Assembly (NCBI RefSeq): GCF_006345805.1
Contig: NC_043008.1
Coordinates: forward strand, 61,566,001-61,630,000
DNA: 64,000 nucleotides
Origin: Octopus sinensis
Taxonomy: Eukaryota
Reading direction: 5' to 3'
Position numbers and translations under genes: made by a program. Below are positions 13,860-28,085 of this stretch, piece by piece (the first letter of the stretch is position 1; each line of letters starts with the position of its first letter). A model generated the notes under the pieces. The model had not been told where the DNA came from. It searched no databases and worked only from the letters and a program-made list of their open reading frames with translations.

Positions 13860-14195
13860 GAAGAGAGCGTGCTAGCAAAACTATTAGCACGCCGGGCAAA
13901 ATACCTCATAGGAATTCGTCTGGTTTTAAGTCCTGAGTTCAAATTCCACCGAGGCTGACATTGATCTTTCAAAATTTTGGCGTCGATAAAATAAATACCT
14001 GGTTAAACATCTGGTAGACGTAATCGAATAATCCTTCCAGCAGAAATAGCTGGAATGTTCCAAAATTCGAAATATATATCATTCATTGTGTAGGCAGCTT
14101 AGCGGCACTTCTTCCGACTCTGCTATTTGAGTTCACATGCTGCCGGAGTCGACTTTACATGCTTTCCTTTCAGGGTCGATGAAATAAGTAACTGT
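13860..14195 (+). mobile_element. Two diverged SINE family A copies or fragments
   Basis: TTAGCACGCCGGGC..CTGAGTTCAAATTCCACCGAGG, and a second GAGTTCAC..GCCGGAGTCGACTTTA..GGGTCGAT. Confidence 0.7.
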
Positions 14196-14229
14196 ATATA
14201 TATATATATATATCTTCATAACTATCATT

Positions 14230-14277
<48 letters not shown>

Positions 14278-14669
14278 CATGATGTGTGGTGCACGTGAAT
14301 GTAATTTAAGCACGTCCACAAATTAGTACGCATGCGCTTTAATTTAGGACATTCGTCATGACCCTAGCTGTAATTTCGTCAAATTATTTTTATCGGAGGC
14401 ACCAGCGAATAGCAGTAAAAATAAAATTTCAACCAAAGCTTTTAACAATTTTCAAGTTAGGTCCCCTTCTAGCGACGAGTAAGTTTTTGTTAGGGCATTT
14501 GTTGCTTTTTCCATCGAGGAAAACAGTGTTTTGTTAATACACACACACACAAACGTAGACACATACACACACACATACACTTAAACACACACGGACATGT
14601 GTGCATACAAAAAACATGTATGCAATAGGTGTATGTATGTACGTGTGTGTATATGTGTGTGTGTTGCCC

Positions 14670-14716
<47 letters not shown>

Positions 14717-14781
14717 TGTGAGTGTGTGTGTGTGTATGTTTGTATGTATATATATATATATATGTTTATTTATTTATTTAT

Positions 14782-15068
14782 TCTTTTATTGATCTCAGTT
14801 ATTTGGCTGCGGCCATGCTCAGACACCGAGTTCAAGGGGTTTAGTTAAAGAAATCGAATCCAGGACTTAGTCTTTGTAAGCCTAGTACTTGTTCTATGGG
14901 TCACTTTTTGCCGAACCGCTAAGTAACGTGGACCTGAACTCACAAACGTCCGTTGTCAAATGATGATGGTGGGTGAGCAAACACGGACACAAAGACACAC
15001 ACGCATAAACTTATGCATACATTCATATATATACATATACATATACACATACTTATACATGCATACAT

Positions 15069-15112
<44 letters not shown>

Positions 15113-15240
15113 GAGCTTCTTTTTGTTCCCTTCTACTTCATCTACTGACAAGTCTTTGGTCGGCCAATGTACTACGTAGTGAGACTGAACCTGTAGCCAT
15201 GTGGTTGGGAAGCAAGCTTCTTACTACACAACTACGCCTG
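14782..15240 (-). mobile_element. SINE family B, diverged, with internal microsatellite
   Basis: Similar to the reverse complement of 39912-40324 (CTGCGGCCATGC, GCCGAACCGCTAAGT, TTTGGTCGGCC, CCATGTGGTTGG). Confidence 0.75.
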
Positions 15241-16539
15241 ATATAGATATATAAGCATCATACATTAATCTGGCATTTATTTATGTCTTAAGAAACATTG
15301 TAAGCAAGAGTTGTAAAAGGTGTGTTATATTTTATATGACGAATTTATGAATTCATGTCCGATGGTAAATTTGACAGTTTTTCTCTTGATTTGGAAAGTG
15401 GTTACTTTTCTTTACTGAAATGATTCATAATTTGATGAGACACATTTACTTGATTTCTACGATACCAAGAGAGTTCAGAGTGAATCGTATTTCAACTTAA
15501 ATGAGATTTTTGACCGAATATTAGATATTGGACATGCACTTTTATCTTCCTCAAGAGAAACAGATAAATGAAAAAGAGACTTTGAGAATATCAGATTATG
15601 CAGAAATAAAAGTAACATCAAAGAGAATGGTGGTAAAATATGTGTGGCTGAGACAGTGAAAAATACTTGCGGTTATATGTTAGAGAGTGAGGGAGAAACA
15701 AGAACAACATCGGTATATTAAACGATATTGAAGTGTATTATATACAAAGATAGGCTAGCTTTTCGTCACCCAGACAAAAACAACACTCAAAAACCGTATG
15801 CGTTCTGTATATGTGTGTGTGTTCGTGTATTTTTTGTATTAGCTTATATGGTAAATGTGAATTTACGTACAAATTTGTAAAAGTCTATCCGGAAAAACCT
15901 AGCCGTTCCTTTCTTTATAATGAATATTCATAATCTCATGAAGAATCCACTCATACTAATTCGTTGAAAATATGTAGTTTGTTCTGGAGTGAAGAGGTAG
16001 GTTATTTTTTCTAAACGAGTAAAGGTTTTTCAGTGTCCTTTACTATCGAATCCTGTTTTCAAGTAACAGTTTGAATGAAAACATTCGTTTTGAGAACACG
16101 TGAAAAAAGAGATAATGATTAACGTAAAAAAAAGACACGTGAAAGATCTGATATCTGTTCATGCAATGTGAACAGTAAATACCTTTGAACTTTATCCATG
16201 CAAGTGAAATAAATACAAATTTGAATGAAATAAAATCTTGTCAGTTTAATTATTTTTAATGTATCATGTATTCGATTAATTTTCATGCTGTGTATCAGAA
16301 GCAATTTAGAACCAAAATTGGACACTGAATTAATTATTATTGTTTTCAATTACGGGAGGAAGCTTCAGTTGTAAGAGCTAGATATTTCACAGTAGACACT
16401 GATTTTATGCTCTGCCGTCACTGTAGGTTCATATCATATACATCCAGCTAAAAGGAAATAATTGAAATATAATAAAAAAAACATCGCACTTTTGTCTCAC
16501 TATATTTAAATGATTCAGTTAAAATACTTCGCTCTATCT

Positions 16540-16781
16540 GCGACGATTCCATCTCAATCGAAGGAGAGGGGCTTTCTCCGTCCGGGTTGCGGATCCGTGA
16601 AATAAGCTGCCGGACGAGATAGTGAAGATGCCGACGACCGCTCAATTCAAAGTCTCCCTTGACCAGATGTGGCCTGAACTCATTACATGAACACCACCCT
16701 GTACATAACTCCATGTCCCCCTACATCGCCTTGCTTTTTTCTTTTTGAGCCAAAAAATTAACTAACTAACTAACTAACTAC
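16540..16781 (+). mobile_element. CR1-group LINE extreme 3' end with (TAAC)n tail
   Basis: Translates RRFHLNRRRGAFSVRVADP*NKLPDEIVKMPTTAQFKVSLDQMWPELIT*, the CR1-type FSxRV..WNxLP..FK..LD terminus; short UTR, then TAAC repeats. Confidence 0.8.
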
Positions 16782-17719
16782 CATATAAAAAATAATTCTG
16801 ATTCTCGGTTTTATTTTGAGACCTGTCTCTGTAAAATTCCATTAAAAAATGTGCACTTTGCTGAGTTACATGAATCAAAAATTGAAAGTGGTGCACAAAA
16901 CTGAAGTTTGTAAGGTGTAACACAATTGTAGAACAAATATTGTATTGAGATGAAGCATAGAAAACATCGTATATCTAGGAATAAAATGAATAGTAGTATA
17001 ATAAACAATTGATACTAAAAATCGTGAAATATAATGATATTGCTGTTTTAAAATAGCTGTAGATGCATAGTTAGCACTAAACCCTCGATCGAACAAACCT
17101 GTACCCAAAGGAATTCCGATAATGATAGTATGCTTCCTTTAACGCTTAATTTCTTTTAGGTGCGAACTATCTAACGTGGTATCCATTTAATTTTCAGATA
17201 AATGTGGCATCTAATTTAAAGGACATGTAACCAAATGAACAAGGATGTTTTTCTGAGCCACGATTTGTTGGGGCGATGCCATTCATGGTGTGGGTATAAA
17301 TATTATTTATTTTGAAGTATTTGAACTTTAAGGGTTGCAGTCATTATATGAGTCAAATTGATTTTCACCTCACTATAACTCACAAAGCTATTTAAATACT
17401 GGCGTCCCAATATGAATTTCACTTACGACACACTCGTATTAATGAAATTCTGCCGGCTAGAAATTGTATGTTAAACAGTTAAAAGCATAGGAAAATATGT
17501 CATTACAATCACATACGCCTGAATGGCTTTCAAGAAATAAAGCATTTGAATAGAATAAAACATTACAGGAGAGAAATATTAGTTGCGGAAATTAATCAAA
17601 AATATTTGAAACAAATTACAAAGATAGCACCAAACAAGAAGCTCTGGCACAGAGTGAAAATATACATACACGTACGCACATACAATCACTTCACACGCAC
17701 TCAAACACACACACGCACT

Positions 17720-17789
<70 letters not shown>

Positions 17790-17994
17790 AGTGAGTGTGT
17801 GTGTGCGTGTGTGAGTGAGAGAGGGTGAGCGTGTACACACACACACATATATATATATATTATTGATATAGTTGAGGTGTATTCCCTTTCAGAACTTTCA
17901 GAATTACAACTATTATTGGTTTGTAGTTTTTTCCTACTCTTTCTAGCGAGTCAGATGTCCTATTATGGCCATCTCTTATGTGTTTAAATGTACA

Positions 17995-18036
<42 letters not shown>

Positions 18037-18360
18037 GCGTTAGTATGCGGATTATGTTGCACAACATAATTTCTTCTAATTTAAAACATTTACGACTGGT
18101 AGTTTCCAAGTGACGCGAAAGAAATGTAACGTCGTACGAAGTGTACCAGAGTAAAGGATACCACATTTTGAATTTAGAAATATTGAACGTCTTTCATTCC
18201 TTTTCTGTAAGCCCAGTTATTATAAGTCAACATTAAGGTACAGGTATACACTCATACACATGTATATATATATGTAGATAGGAGTGTATGTACACATATA
18301 TACGTATATCTCCATCTACTCCTTATTTCGAGCATATATCTATATCTGTCTATCTATCAA

Positions 18361-18397
<37 letters not shown>

Positions 18398-18400
<3 letters not shown>

Positions 18401-18580
18401 TAATCCAAACGGGAAAACAGAAAAAACAACAACACGAGGAACAATTAAAGTATTATTATTATTAGGCGCTCAGGAAAATGGAAGAAGGAGGGTATGACGT
18501 TTCGAGCGGAGCTCTTCGTCGGAAACATAAGAGAAAGAAAGAAAGATCCCGAGACGGGAGGACAGAGAAAAAAATTGCAG
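18398..18580 (-). mobile_element. Penelope-like pLTR fragment inside a TA array
   Basis: Bounded by (TA)n and contains a minimal hammerhead-like motif; the Penelope assignment is inferred from that motif. Confidence 0.5.
18491..18527 (-). ncRNA. Degenerate minimal type I hammerhead motif
   Basis: Minus strand GUUU-CCGACGA-A-GAGC-UCC-GCUC-GAAA-CG-UC-AUAC: stem II intact, palindromic ACGU stem III, core U4 changed to C, stem I weakened. Confidence 0.45.
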
Positions 18581-18729
18581 GTCGTCTTCACGAGGTCACA
18601 TATATATATATATATATATGTCTGTGTGTGTTTATAGGGAGAATTCACGAAGCAAAAATCAAAAGTCGAAGACAGGTGGTGTAGAAAATAAACAGATATA
18701 TTAGTATAAGGCTCAGGAATTGAAAAAGT

Positions 18730-18766
18730 ATTTTACGTTTCGAGCCTACGCTCTTCCTCAGAAAGA
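18730..18766 (-). ncRNA. Minimal type I hammerhead motif (Penelope-type)
   Basis: Minus strand UCUUU-CUGAGGA-A-GAGC-GUAG-GCUC-GAAA-CG-UA-AAAU: complete core, 4-bp stem II, palindromic ACGU stem III, 3-bp stem I. Confidence 0.6.
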
Positions 18767-20129
18767 ATCAAGGAGAAACAAATGTGTATAATGGCTACCG
18801 ATCTATCATGGCGACTGCAGGACAGAAGGGTCACACAGGAGGGCAAAGAAATAGGGGAGACAACAACGTGAAGGTAATCTCCAAAACGAAGTTGTACGTG
18901 TGGAAGTAGACTACTTCTATGGACTTTGCCAGAATATAAATGGACACACGCAGAGAGTCTTGAGCAGTACAAAGCCGAGAGTTGCGTATTGTTGAGGATT
19001 ATTACGAGTATCTTGAGTAGAACGATTTGCAACGACATTATTATCCCTTTATATCGTACGTCGAACGTGCAATACAACAATATGTGCGTGTGTGTCTGTC
19101 TGTGTGTGTGTTTGTGTATGACTTGATTGAGCTATTTGTTGCTGCCATTAAGTCTGCCCCTGCCGTGGACATGTTACCAGGGGTAATTTAATTCCTACCA
19201 TTTCATTTTCAAATTGACTTTGGGTTTCAGTATATTTGTTTCAATATTTTTCTCCTATTTATCAGCAAAGAGATCCTGCTACAGATGAGCTATGATCAAA
19301 TCTATAGACACTAACCTTACAACATTGTTTTACTTTTCCTACGGAGAGGCATGCTTTATGTGGCAATGAGATCAGCTGTTCCCCCTGCAGGTCTTGTGAA
19401 TGCTTCGTGAATAATGCAATTGTTGTTCAGCTATTAGATTCTAGTGCGTTATTATTCTAAGTATTTCAATTGTAACTATTACAGGCACTACACTATTCAC
19501 TACCATACATTTCGTTCTATAAAGAGGCCAGCGTGTTATGTTTGTTAAATTTGATTCTTATGAAACTGTGCACAAGAATACTCCTTCACTTATAAAACGT
19601 GCATTCTAAGTGTTAGAATCAGGCTTCACGCACATATTTCAGGATTGTTGCGTAACGAAAATCTTCCAAATTTTGTGAATCTATTAGATTATAGAATGGC
19701 ACGACATTTCTCTTATGTGTGCCTAAGCTTCCCTAGTATAACTGGAACTCTCATGTATGAGCTATGTCTACAAAAAAAGGAGCCCATGACCTCAACGTGT
19801 TATGAAACACAGACAACGTTCTCAGTTGTATACTCTAAAGCGAATAGCAATCATTTAAATGAGAGAAAACTTTTTGCTATAAAAATGAATTACATATATA
19901 TATAATTGTAACTTAAAAGAAGACATTAAATCTGATATATTAAAAAAAAGCGAATAGATAATTGTTACTTTGATGTGACTATTTATGCAGATTTTAAAAT
20001 CTAATATACATACGCACACGCACAAACAAAAAAACATACACACACACACATATAGATATATATCAGTACGTACATCAACATATAAAATGGAAATACGTAT
20101 TGAAGCATCTATGTATATGTGCGTGTGTG

Positions 20130-20131
20130 TG

Positions 20132-20222
<91 letters not shown>

Positions 20223-20680
20223 ATATATATTATATATATATAATATATATTATATATATATATATAATATATATATATATATATACGCACGCATAGATAA
20301 GGATACTTATATGCAAACCTACAGTCATTTATACGCACAAGCGCGCATACACATATTTGATAAGTTCAAACTAGTCAAACTATTTTTAAAACCTTCGCTT
20401 GATTTTAAATTTACCATAGCTTTCCCCGACGCAATGTGATTTGCATAAATATATATTAATATTATATATACATACATACATACATATATACACATATACA
20501 TATATATATATATATATATTATGTTATGTATATTTGTATATATACATACATACAAACATACACTTATACATATGCATATACGTATATATATATATATATT
20601 ATGTTATGTATCTATATGTATATATATATATATATCATGTTATGTATATATGTATATATATATATATATTATGTTATGTA

Positions 20681-20729
<49 letters not shown>

Positions 20730-20730
20730 T
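20130..20730. repeat. Large compound TA-rich microsatellite region with a recurring ATGTTATGTA subunit and an internal unique insert (about 20350-20450)
   Basis: Directly visible. Confidence 0.85.
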
Positions 20731-21480
20731 TATATTTCTGAATATGATTGTGGGATTATATGTGTACATGGATATAGATGTGTGTGTATTTGTGTGTGCA
20801 TAAATATACACAATTATATACCCGAAATAAAATGTTTGAGAAATAAGGTCAATATAATATTATTATCTATCTGTTAATTATACTTCATGGACGGTGTAGG
20901 TGTATTTATAAATCATTCAGATCTCAATATGTATATTAACATATATGTGTGTGTGAGTGTGTATGTGTGTGAGTGTGTGTATGTGTGCTTGTGTGTGTGG
21001 ACCTGTGTGATTGTGTATGTGCGTATACGAATAAAATTCTACATGTAGGTATATCATTAGAGTGTTCATAAAAACATACGCACGATTAATATGCGAATGC
21101 TCGTGTGTGTGTATGTATGTACGTATGTGTGTATTTATCTATGTATATAGTGACAGGGAGTGACATTGAGAGGGAGAGGTGATGAGGTGTAAAGAAGTTC
21201 TAAGCAAATTTCCATACATCCATTCAGAACATATTTTAAATAAACATACTTAAATAATCATTGAAACAGGAGCAGAGTATGCACGCTTATACTCCCACAC
21301 ACAGACGTACATATGTGTGTGCCTGCGTGAGTAAATATATGTGTGTGTGTATGTGTGTGTGTATGTGTGTGTGTATGTGTGTGTATGTGTGTATGTGTGT
21401 GTATGCGTGTGTGTGTATGTGGATATATTTATATATTATGTATATTATTATATGATCGAACGCCACGCATACTTTTCCAA

Positions 21481-21519
<39 letters not shown>

Positions 21520-22200
21520 TGATCGTTACGTATATGCAGGCATGTGTGTGTTTCTGTATGTTTTGATGTTCTGTGCCTGTGAAATATTTACACACAATTA
21601 CGAACTACAATACAGATAAATATTATAAACAAATATACGGGGAAGATACATAGTTTTAATACGTGCAGAAACGGAGATAGATAGATTGATAGATAGAGAG
21701 TGGGAGGGAGGGAGGGAAAGAAAGAAAGAGAGTGGAGGAGTGGCAGACTGAGAGAAGGAGACACAGCGGGAGAGCAGAGAGAGGGAGAGACAGAGAGAGA
21801 AAGAATAAGAGACAAGAAGGGAGTGAGTAAAAGGAGGGATTACTTGAGCTGAATAAACATATCATAAATGCTTCCACGCCCACATTGTTGAATTGTTAGC
21901 TTGCAATTTTAATATTCGTATTATTGCCGATTAAAAATCCCTTTTGTTAAAATGTAACAACAAATAATTTTATTTACGCACGCATGTGCTCGAATACATA
22001 CATATATATATATATATGCATATATATATATGTATGTATAACATTCACTGTCCACGATGTTTCGTATCTCTTTTCTTCACCTTGAAACATTCTTTAAGAC
22101 TGTTCATTGTGTGTTCCTTTAGCTTGTGTAAAGCAGATAATATCAAATGAGACTATTCTTATTCTCTGGCTATCCTTCTGTCTGCAACAACCTGCACGAT

Positions 22201-22240
22201 TTTCTTCTTCTTCTTCTTCTTCTTCTTCTTATTCTTATTC

Positions 22241-22288
<48 letters not shown>
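22201..22288. repeat. (TTC)n-(TTA)n microsatellite
   Basis: Directly visible. Confidence 0.95.
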
Positions 22289-23285
<997 letters not shown>

Positions 23286-23663
23286 GTTTGTTCCTTCTTT
23301 CTTCAAATTTTCTTCCGTTTCTCGCCGGGTGTTTTCCATACACCTAGGGCGGAGAAGCTCATTATATGCATTCCCAAATTACACGCGCAAATTCACAGAT
23401 AAAGTATGTATTTAAAAATTAATAAATAAATAAATTCATGAATGGATGTTGTTTTCACAGCGATAATGCTCTTCTCAGTACAAGAGCCGTTCCAGTTAAT
23501 ACGATTTTTTAAACTTCCTGTAGGGATTGTAGGCCTGGAATCATTTTCAAATAGGTTTCAGTACCTTTTTTTATCATTCCTAGAGATCCTACTATCACTG
23601 GTACTGTAGTCGTCTTGAGATGCCACATTTTTTCAATTTCTATTAGCAAGTCTTTATATTTAC

Positions 23664-23664
<1 letters not shown>
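23286..23664 (-). mobile_element. Second, distinct R4/Dong-clade LINE 3' end
   Basis: Minus strand SKYKDLLIEIEKMWHLKTTTVPVIVGSLGMIKKG..IPGLQSLQEV*KIVLTGTALVLRRALSL*, homologous to the neighbouring element but with an unrelated 3' UTR; ends in (AAT)n. Confidence 0.85.
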
Positions 23665-23727
<63 letters not shown>

Positions 23728-23741
23728 ATTATTATTATTAA

Positions 23742-23799
<58 letters not shown>

Positions 23800-23829
23800 A
23801 TTATTATTATTAATATTATTATTATTATT

Positions 23830-23864
<35 letters not shown>

Positions 23865-23912
23865 TATTGTTGTTGTAGTTGTTGTTATTATTATATTATC
23901 ATTATTATTATC
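23665..23912. repeat. (TTA)n/(TCA)n/(TTG)n compound microsatellite
   Basis: Directly visible. Confidence 0.95.
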
Positions 23913-23914
23913 CT

Positions 23915-24432
23915 CGAGTGAGAGAGCTGTGCATACCATGAAAGTGACACTGGGGTAACATATATGTAACCAGACATACCCATCAAGATCACCCGTCCAA
24001 TAAGGGTAAACCAGACACAATCATTACACCCATATGTGTCCGACATGATGTTCTCATGCCAAGATAAACACTGCATGACCTTGCAGGTGAGGTGCAGCAA
24101 GAACTTTCTTTTGGTTGATTAGCCCATCCCGTTCAAAACGTCCTTGAATACATCATTCCAGGAATGAATTATTCAAACCACAAAGAATTCCTCTCAAAGC
24201 ATGGCTATCATCTACCTTCAGAACTTCTGCTCGTGATCAGGGATGCACATATCGTCAGCCACCAACTGCTTAAAGTCAAACAACTGACAAGCAAATCTGT
24301 CATATTGAGCAGAATATTTACTATATCCCATACGTGATACCAGGACAAACCAATGTACATGGTAACACTTCCAACCAGTTAAGATGAAAAGCCTTGTGAG
24401 TCAGCGCTTGTTGCTGCCCCAGGGCATTTATT
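23915..24432. mobile_element. Non-coding interspersed repeat at the edge of the TAA array, class unresolved
   Basis: GC-richer block abutting the microsatellite (GAGTGAGAGAGC..GTGACACTGGGGTAA..CAGGGCATTTATT). It resembles a common octopus TAA-associated repeat, from recall only. Confidence 0.45.
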
Positions 24433-24639
24433 GTTAAAATTTAAGACGTCACACAGCATACAATACCATGATGTTGTTGACTGAAGATGTGCCTACAGAA
24501 AATTTGCACCGTTTGTCAAATCACAATAAGTACCTAAAACACACAACACTTTACAGCACTGGGCAGCGATGATTAAGCTTTCACTATTCTTTTTAGGTCG
24601 CTCTTACTGAGCCACCTCCACGATGATTCATGGGATTTC

Positions 24640-24925
24640 AATTTGTTAGTTTTTCGGTGTAACTGACCATACAATTCAACGAGGAGTAGGGCTTCTTTTC
24701 TATCTTTGGCTGTTCGTGATCGGAATTCATGAACACTCTCAAGTCCATTTCGCTAAATCCTTCTGTATTTGCAGCATATTGTAGCAGGTCATGTTTGCTG
24801 TTTACCAAATATTCTGCCACGTTTCTTCGTTCACGGTTGATGCATTCCCGTACGGTAAGCAGCCCGTGTCCGTCTTTACACCTCTTATTGTAGAGCCAGT
24901 GTCCATTTATCTTAGACTTGAGGGC
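24640..24925 (-). mobile_element. Old R4-like LINE fragment (post-RT region)
   Basis: LYNKRCKDGHGLLTVRECINRERRNVAEYL resembles the LYxxRxxGGRGL motif of RLE-type LINEs. Confidence 0.55.
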
Positions 24926-26044
24926 CATAATCATCATTATTTTTATTGTCACCATAGCTGGAGGTGTCCTTGGGGCGCTGTAAGTTTATGACTTATTTAC
25001 TTGTTTGAAACGTTCTATATTATATTTTATTTAAATCGCTTTACCAGCCAGCTTCCCCTCTGAATTCGCTGGGGACTGACGCTTGTTAACCAAAGCCCCA
25101 TTTTGTGGGTGGCACACACCTTTTTGTTTTCAAATTTCTACGAAAATTCGCTTCGAAGAAAGTAAACATTGAAGATGGCAACGAAATGTGGGATAATCAT
25201 ATTCATCTCTTTATTATCTGTTTTCAAATAAGTCCTAAGCCAACATTCTCTTTAACGTTTCGGGGACGTTATAGTCCAGTACAAGTCCAGTACTGCAGTC
25301 AATGTGATCGACTATCGTCTGCCTTCTCATTCACCGGGGTCAAAATTACCATTGTTATATGATGCCAACAGTCATGTTTTATCTCTCATTTCCTTTGATA
25401 CTATTAATGATAAGTAGATTTTAGTTACTTTTCTTCAACAGAGATTGCAATGCTTAATCAGATTCGCCTTCTTAAAATACATCGCTCGTTAACTAATTTG
25501 CCTCACTTCATGTGATTAATCTTTAAATATATTTCTTTAATTCCTTTTGTTAAATTTATAATTGTAACATTATTGAACATCCAAGGAATCGTGCCAAGGA
25601 TTCCACTGAAACGTTAGTATTCGACAATGAGCTTATATGCTGCTATAATATTTAGACATAACCATAGTTCTCCTATTTCTTTGTGAAAAAGTCAAATTGT
25701 CCTCGGCGTGAAAATTTGTTTTGTGAAATTTATTCTGAAGTGGAATTCAGGTAACGGAAACATTCTGCAGAATTCACAACTTGAATCTATGTTCATCTTA
25801 GCACCGAGTATCATATGAGAATATACAATTTTGGGTAGCGTATATTGTGAGAGAAAGATGTATGTAAATGCATAAATCCACGACAAAAATATTAGATCTT
25901 AAGAGAAACAGGCGAGCTTTGTACAGAGTACGATGGGTAAATTGTCGTCATAGGTTATTTTTAATTTTGTGTATACGCATCGTTTGTTTTTGATCTTGAC
26001 TACACAGTAGGGTCTATTCGGCACTGTCTGTGAGAAAAACAGGA

Positions 26045-26757
26045 CCGTGACGCAATTCACTCTGCCAGGAATTTGGAAATGGCATACTCCACTGCATAGT
26101 ATTCGCACTGGAAGCCCCAATACGAACAGAAGCTAAACACATTCAAAAAAAGTTTTTTTGCCGTGCCCCCAGAACATGCACCGAGTCAACATCATGGTGC
26201 TTGGAGTGATCACTAGTAATGACAACGTTATACCTGTATTCATCTTCCCACACGGCCTCAGACTCAACATGGAAGGCTACATCAAGTTTCTGGATGAGAT
26301 ATTGCTCCTATAACTGGCAACAGGACTCTGCACCATGCCACACAAGCAGGAGAACCCAGTCATAGCTGTCAGACAATTTCTGCAACCCCATCAGCCCTAA
26401 TATCTGGTCATATAACTCCCCAGATTTCAACCATTTCATTATTATGTGTGGGGTGGAGTTGAGAAAGATACCAAGAAAACTCCATCTAACACCAAAGATG
26501 AACTGAAGTCTAGGATTATAGCAGCATTCACAAACTTAAACAAGAAGACCGTCCATAAAAGTTGCAGGAGACTGGAATCGTCTGGAGGTCATGGCTGAAA
26601 CCAGTGGAGATTTCATTGAAAAAATTTACTCTTTAATATTTTAAGATACTTCTATGTAATTTTTGTAATATATCTGTTAGAATGAGAAAAGGCGATGTCA
26701 TGTTATTTTCATTTTTGCGTAATATTTAGAAGACAATATAATCACCGCACCCTGCAT
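26045..26757 (+). mobile_element. Tc1/mariner-superfamily relic, DD37D (maT)-like, internally deleted
   Basis: IMVLGVITSNDNVIPVFIFPHGLRLNMEGYIKFL, WQQDSAPCHTSRRTQS*LSDNF..IWSYNSPDFN/YYVWG..NTKDELKSRIIAAF..SGDFIE; the spacing from QQD to the SPDxNPLD position fits D37D; ends CACCGCACCCTG (TIR-like). Confidence 0.8.
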
Positions 26758-26811
26758 TTTCCCCCCAAATACGTACTTAATTCTAAATAATTTACATTTA
26801 CATCCTCAGCG

Positions 26812-26842
<31 letters not shown>

Positions 26843-26844
26843 AT

Positions 26845-27956
26845 GTAAGGTATAATCAAGTAAGGTATAAGTTATTGGTGCTAAGCCCTCAAAGGGATAG
26901 AAGTATCCAGAGGCATTCCTGGTAATTACCTACGTTACACACACACACACACTCAAACACTCCGATTTCTCTCTCTATCTTTCGCTCTATTCCCCTCTTT
27001 GTCTAGCTCTGCCTTTTTCGTTGTGATGACGTCTACCACTGGCAACGAGGTAAATACATATTTACCTCAATATGGTACACAGTAACAGCTGTAAACTCAC
27101 TCTTACCATCACCTTGCTTAACCGATTAAATAATGTTTTTTTAGCACCAAACATACACTTCTATTTGTTGTTTTCCTCCATTTTCTGATCGTCTATATGT
27201 ACATTAAACTACGGTTTACCTTTTTAAATTAGCTGCTGCGATATACCTTATACCAAGGAGCATACTTACGGAGGTAATTACCAGGAATGCCTCTAGATAC
27301 ATCTATCCCATAGAGCCCTTAAAACCTCTAACATATCCTCATATAACATATACATCTCTGACTAAGACGTCTTAGCAAGGCATTAACCACACATATACTG
27401 GTTAAATGGAGCAGATAACATTAGAAGCTTCTTTATACGATATACCGAATCTACCTAAAAATGTATGTCTTAAAGAACTCATTAATAAATTAAGATTCCA
27501 CCCAACGTTTATAAGAGCATCCTGTAACCATCCAAACTTTATTAAAAGAGGATTGGTACATAGCACTAGCAAAAGAATTTGACGCCTATCTTCTAAACTA
27601 GCTATCTTTAATAAATATAAGGAATTCTATAATAGTGCATTGGAAAAAGAAAGTTATAAACAAAAAAATAAATACCTACACTTAGAACATTATACAAATA
27701 ATCGGAACAAACGACACTAACAACCACATAAAGTATATGAACAACAGAGATAAAATTAATACCAATAGTATAAAGAAAAACTGTAAAAATAATAAGATTC
27801 AAACTAAGATAACTAACAACATTGAAAACGATAACAAAGCTAATGCCAGCAATGTGTAAATTAATAAAATTAAGAAGACTAATACGATTAATAATAATAA
27901 TAATAATAATAATATCAATAATAATAATAATGATAATAATATCAATGATAATAATA

Positions 27957-28013
<57 letters not shown>

Positions 28014-28026
28014 TAATAATAATAAT

Positions 28027-28085
<59 letters not shown>

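Noticed and set aside
20510-20690. CRISPR-like repeat-spacer array
   Set aside because: The spacers are TA microsatellite, the context is eukaryotic and there are no cas genes.
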